Source of the DNA: Dehalococcoidia bacterium
GTDB taxonomy: Bacteria > Chloroflexota > Dehalococcoidia > UBA2979
Length of the DNA: 64,000 nt
Reading direction: 5' to 3'
Assembly (NCBI GenBank): GCA_964291495.2
Contig: OZ219872.1
Span: 832,001-896,000, forward strand
Part shown: positions 61,229 to 64,000 of the stretch, in pieces
Layout: each line of letters opens with the position of its first letter
Position numbering within the stretch: the first letter of the stretch is position 1
Position numbers and translations under genes: made by a program
Notes under the pieces: generated by a model
What the model was told of the DNA's origin: nothing
The model's input: only the letters and a program-made list of their open reading frames with translations
Databases searched by the model: none

Positions 61229-62194
61229 TCAAGCGCCCGAGGCGCCGCCCGCGCGGAGGTGCGCGCTCAGGTCGCCCTCCATGTCGGTCTGGACGCGGCG
61301 CTCCGCGAAGCGCCAGACGCCGTCGACGCGCTCGAAGCGATCGCGGTAGCGCCCGCTGATGATCGGCTGAAGCGGCAACTCCGGCGTCTGCTGCAGCACG
61401 ACGAAATAGGAGCGCGCGAGGCCCGTTCCGGCGGCCTCGTCCACCTCGACGGCGACGTTGGTGGTGAGGTGCTTGGTGCGCGGGTTGCCCTCGTAGAGCC
61501 GGACTGCGCCGCGCAGGCCCTTCGCCAGCGCCTCGCCGCGCAGCGCGTAGCTCCTGCCGTCCTCCGTCTCGCCGACGAACGGCCCGTGCTCGAACAGCGC
61601 GCCGACGCCCTCGAAGTCCGCGAGGTCGATGCGCTCGGCGTAGGTGTAGATCAGCGCCTCGATCGCGTCGGCGGCGTCCGGGGGCGGCGGCAGCGGCCGC
61701 AGCTCGGCCGCGGACGGGCCGCGCAGCGCCAGCGCGGGCTGACGGCGCGGGGCGGCGCGCAGGAAGCCGCCGACATCGCCCGAGAGGTCGAAGATGCTGA
61801 CGCGCTCCTCGAAGCGCCACGCGCCGGCCTCGCGCACGAACTCGTCGTGGTAGCGGCCCGCGCCGACGACGCTGAGCGGCTCGCCGGGTGGCTGCTTGAG
61901 CATCGCGTAGTAGGAGCGGGCGCGGGCCGTGCCGGCCGCGGCGTCGATGTCGATCAGCAGGTTGGTCGTGAGGATGCGCGTGCGTGGCGTGCCGTCCTCG
62001 TGCAGGCGGATGCCGCGCGCGCGGTCGGCCGCAAGCTCGGCCCCGCCGAGCGAGCGACCCATCGTCGAGGAGAAGCGGCCCTTCGCGAAGAGCTTCCCGA
62101 TGCCCTCGAAGTCCGCGCCGTCCTGCAGCCGCGGGTAGGCGTGGACGAGCGCGACGATGGCGGCGCGGTCGGCGGCGAGACTCGCTGAGGACAT
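61229..62194 (-). CDS. Tandem double SnoaL-like/NTF2 domain protein (paralog of neighbour)
   Basis: Same duplicated motifs (YAERIDLADFEG, PRTKHLTTN, ARSYF, GRYRDRFERVDGVWRF). Confidence 0.85.
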   Translation of the reverse strand: MSSASLAADRAAIVALVHAYPRLQDGADFEGIGKLFAKGRFSSTMGRSLGGAELAADRARGIRLHEDGTPRTRILTTNLLIDIDAAAGTARARSYYAMLKQPPGEPLSVVGAGRYHDEFVREAGAWRFEERVSIFDLSGDVGGFLRAAPRRQPALALRGPSAAELRPLPPPPDAADAIEALIYTYAERIDLADFEGVGALFEHGPFVGETEDGRSYALRGEALAKGLRGAVRLYEGNPRTKHLTTNVAVEVDEAAGTGLARSYFVVLQQTPELPLQPIISGRYRDRFERVDGVWRFAERRVQTDMEGDLSAHLRAGGASGA

Positions 62195-62320
62195 CGGCGG
62201 CACGCTAGGCAGCGCCGCGCTCGCTCGTCAACCTCGCGGATCCTCGTGGCAGCGGCTGCGGGGTTCGCGCGGTAGGATGAGCGCCGCCGCGCGGGCGAAG
62301 CGCGGCGGGGGGTGATCACG

Positions 62321-62710
62321 ATGGCCGAGGCCGATGCCGCCCCGATCGTGCTGACGCGGGGCGCGGACGCGCCGTGGTCCGGGCACCGCTCCGGCATGAG
62401 CATCCAGTTCGGCGTCTCCGGGGAGCTGAGCGGCTCACACAACGTCTTCATGACGCACCAGCGCATCCCGCCGGGGATGGAGAGCATTCCCCACGTCCAC
62501 ACCAACTGCGAGACCGCGATGTTCGTCCTCGCGGGCCCCGTGCTGATGCGCCACGGCCCCGCACTCGAGCTGGAGCACCGCGCGGAGAGCGGCGACTTCC
62601 TCTACGTGCCCGCCAACGCGCCGCACCAGATCGTCAACCCGAGCACAACGGAGGACGTCGCGGTGGTGCTCTGCCGAGACGCCGCCGAGGAGATCGTCAG
62701 GGAGCTGTAG
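62321..62710 (+). CDS. Cupin domain protein
   Basis: PHVHTNCETAMFVLAG and GDFLYVPANAPHQ cupin motifs. Confidence 0.9.
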   Translation: MAEADAAPIVLTRGADAPWSGHRSGMSIQFGVSGELSGSHNVFMTHQRIPPGMESIPHVHTNCETAMFVLAGPVLMRHGPALELEHRAESGDFLYVPANAPHQIVNPSTTEDVAVVLCRDAAEEIVREL

Positions 62711-62744
62711 CCCGCCCGCCGGGCGCCACGGATCGGAGCAAGTC

Positions 62745-63581
62745 ATGGAGCAACTCGAGGGCCGCGTCGCAGTCATCACCGGGGGAGGTTCCGGCATCGG
62801 CGAGGGCTTCGCCCGCGTCTGCCACGAGGCCGGGATGCGCATCGTCGTCTCGGACATCGAGGAGAATCAGGCCGCGCGCGTCGCGAACTCGATTCGCGAG
62901 CTTGGCGGCGAGGCGATCGGGCTGCGCACGGACGTCTCGGACGCCGCCTCCGTGGGCGAGCTGGCTGACCGCGCCTACGAGGAGTTCGGCGAGGTGAACC
63001 TGCTGCTCAGCAACGCCGGCGTGATGATGGTCGCGCCGCTGCTCGAGACGCCGATCGAGGACTGGCAGTGGACGCTCGGCGTGAACCTCTACGGCGCGAT
63101 CCACTGCGCGAACGCGTTCGCGCCGAGGATGCGCGAGCAGGACGGCGAGGGCCACATCGTGTTCACCGCCTCGATCGCCGGCACCCGGCCGATCCACGAG
63201 ACGCCGATCGGCGTCTACGTCTCCTCGAAGTACGCCGTCACCGGCTACGCGGAGATGCTGCGCATGGAGCTGGAGCCGGACGGCATCGGCGTCTCGATCC
63301 TCTGCCCCGGCGGCGTCGACACGCAGATCTTCACCGCCACCCGCAACCGCCCCGAGGACCTCGGCGGCCCGGCCGAGCTGCCGCCCGCGGCGGAGGCGCG
63401 GGTCGAGGAGCGCGAGGAGCAGGCCGGCACGGCACGCATGATGGACCCGGTCGAGGTCGCGCGCCGCACCATCGACGGCGTGCGCGCCAACCGGCTGTTC
63501 ATCTTCAGCCACCCGGAGACGCGGGTGGAGTACGACGACCGCAACGCCCGCGTGATCGCGGACTACGACGCCGTCTCCTGA
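62745..63581 (+). CDS. Short-chain dehydrogenase/reductase
   Basis: VAVITGGGSGIG, SNAGV, YVSSK; paralog of 12192..13067. Confidence 0.93.
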   Translation: MEQLEGRVAVITGGGSGIGEGFARVCHEAGMRIVVSDIEENQAARVANSIRELGGEAIGLRTDVSDAASVGELADRAYEEFGEVNLLLSNAGVMMVAPLLETPIEDWQWTLGVNLYGAIHCANAFAPRMREQDGEGHIVFTASIAGTRPIHETPIGVYVSSKYAVTGYAEMLRMELEPDGIGVSILCPGGVDTQIFTATRNRPEDLGGPAELPPAAEARVEEREEQAGTARMMDPVEVARRTIDGVRANRLFIFSHPETRVEYDDRNARVIADYDAVS

Positions 63582-63603
63582 GCCACCCGGCGGGCGACAA
63601 CCC

Positions 63604-64000
63604 GTGACCGCCAGCACCGGGGCCGAGGACCCTCGAGCCCTGCTGCGCCGCGCGATGCGCCTGCACAGCGACGACGAGATCGACGCCGCGCTCGCGGCGG
63701 CCGAGGGCGCCGTCGCGCTCGACCCGGACTTCTGCGAGGCGCACGCCTACCTCGGCAACACGCTGGTGACGCGCAAGCGCCGCTTCGCCGACGGCCTCGC
63801 CGCCCTGGAGCGCGCGGTCGCGCTCTGCCCCGGCGACGCGGCGATCCTCTACACGCTGGGCTGGTGTCGCGAGTTCGTTGCGCACGCCCTCGAGCACCCG
63901 CGCCAGCGCCAGCCGCACCAGCCCGTCGCGCAGGACGCCGCCACGCTCTACGCCGCCACCACCGACATCCTCCGCCGCGCCCTCACCCTCGACCCCGACC
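63604..64000 (+). CDS. TPR-containing protein (partial, runs off window)
   Basis: GTG 63604; AVALDPDFCEAHAYLG and LERAVALCPGDAAILYTLG TPR-like units; frame open to window end. Confidence 0.75.
   Translation, partial: MTASTGAEDPRALLRRAMRLHSDDEIDAALAAAEGAVALDPDFCEAHAYLGNTLVTRKRRFADGLAALERAVALCPGDAAILYTLGWCREFVAHALEHPRQRQPHQPVAQDAATLYAATTDILRRALTLDPD

Overview
High-GC bacterial chromosomal window with about 60 genes, mostly metabolic. The gene families suggest Chloroflexota/Dehalococcoidia-like, possibly host-associated; this is inference only. Contents: amtB(3' end)-glnK-glnD, ccr, gltA, trehalose genes (treT, otsB-otsA), three luciferase-like oxidoreductases, SDRs, family III CoA-transferases, a PhoP/PhoR-like pair, a sulfate assimilation cluster (sir-cysD-cysN-cysC), a frameshifted tcuA-like gene, and many composite palindromic REP/BIME-like intergenic repeats. 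No rRNA, tRNA, CRISPR array or transposase was recognised. Two discoveries stand out. (1) A hidden 102-codon HesB/IscA-like gene at 58961-59269 (-), only partly called by the ORF track, has two in-frame TGA codons at Cys-type positions (PLG-U-RG and HRHQPT-U-QHG). Each is followed by a SECIS-like hairpin, so it is a candidate double selenoprotein closing an NTF2-NTF2-LLM operon. (2) A compositionally foreign three-gene cassette at 6820-9840 (ParB/Srx-like protein, restriction-endonuclease-like protein, Dam-family methylase) looks like an uncharacterised defence system. Also notable are an NCS2 permease fused to a degenerate RsbW-like domain and a LuxR-TM-LRR-FN3 one-component sensor.
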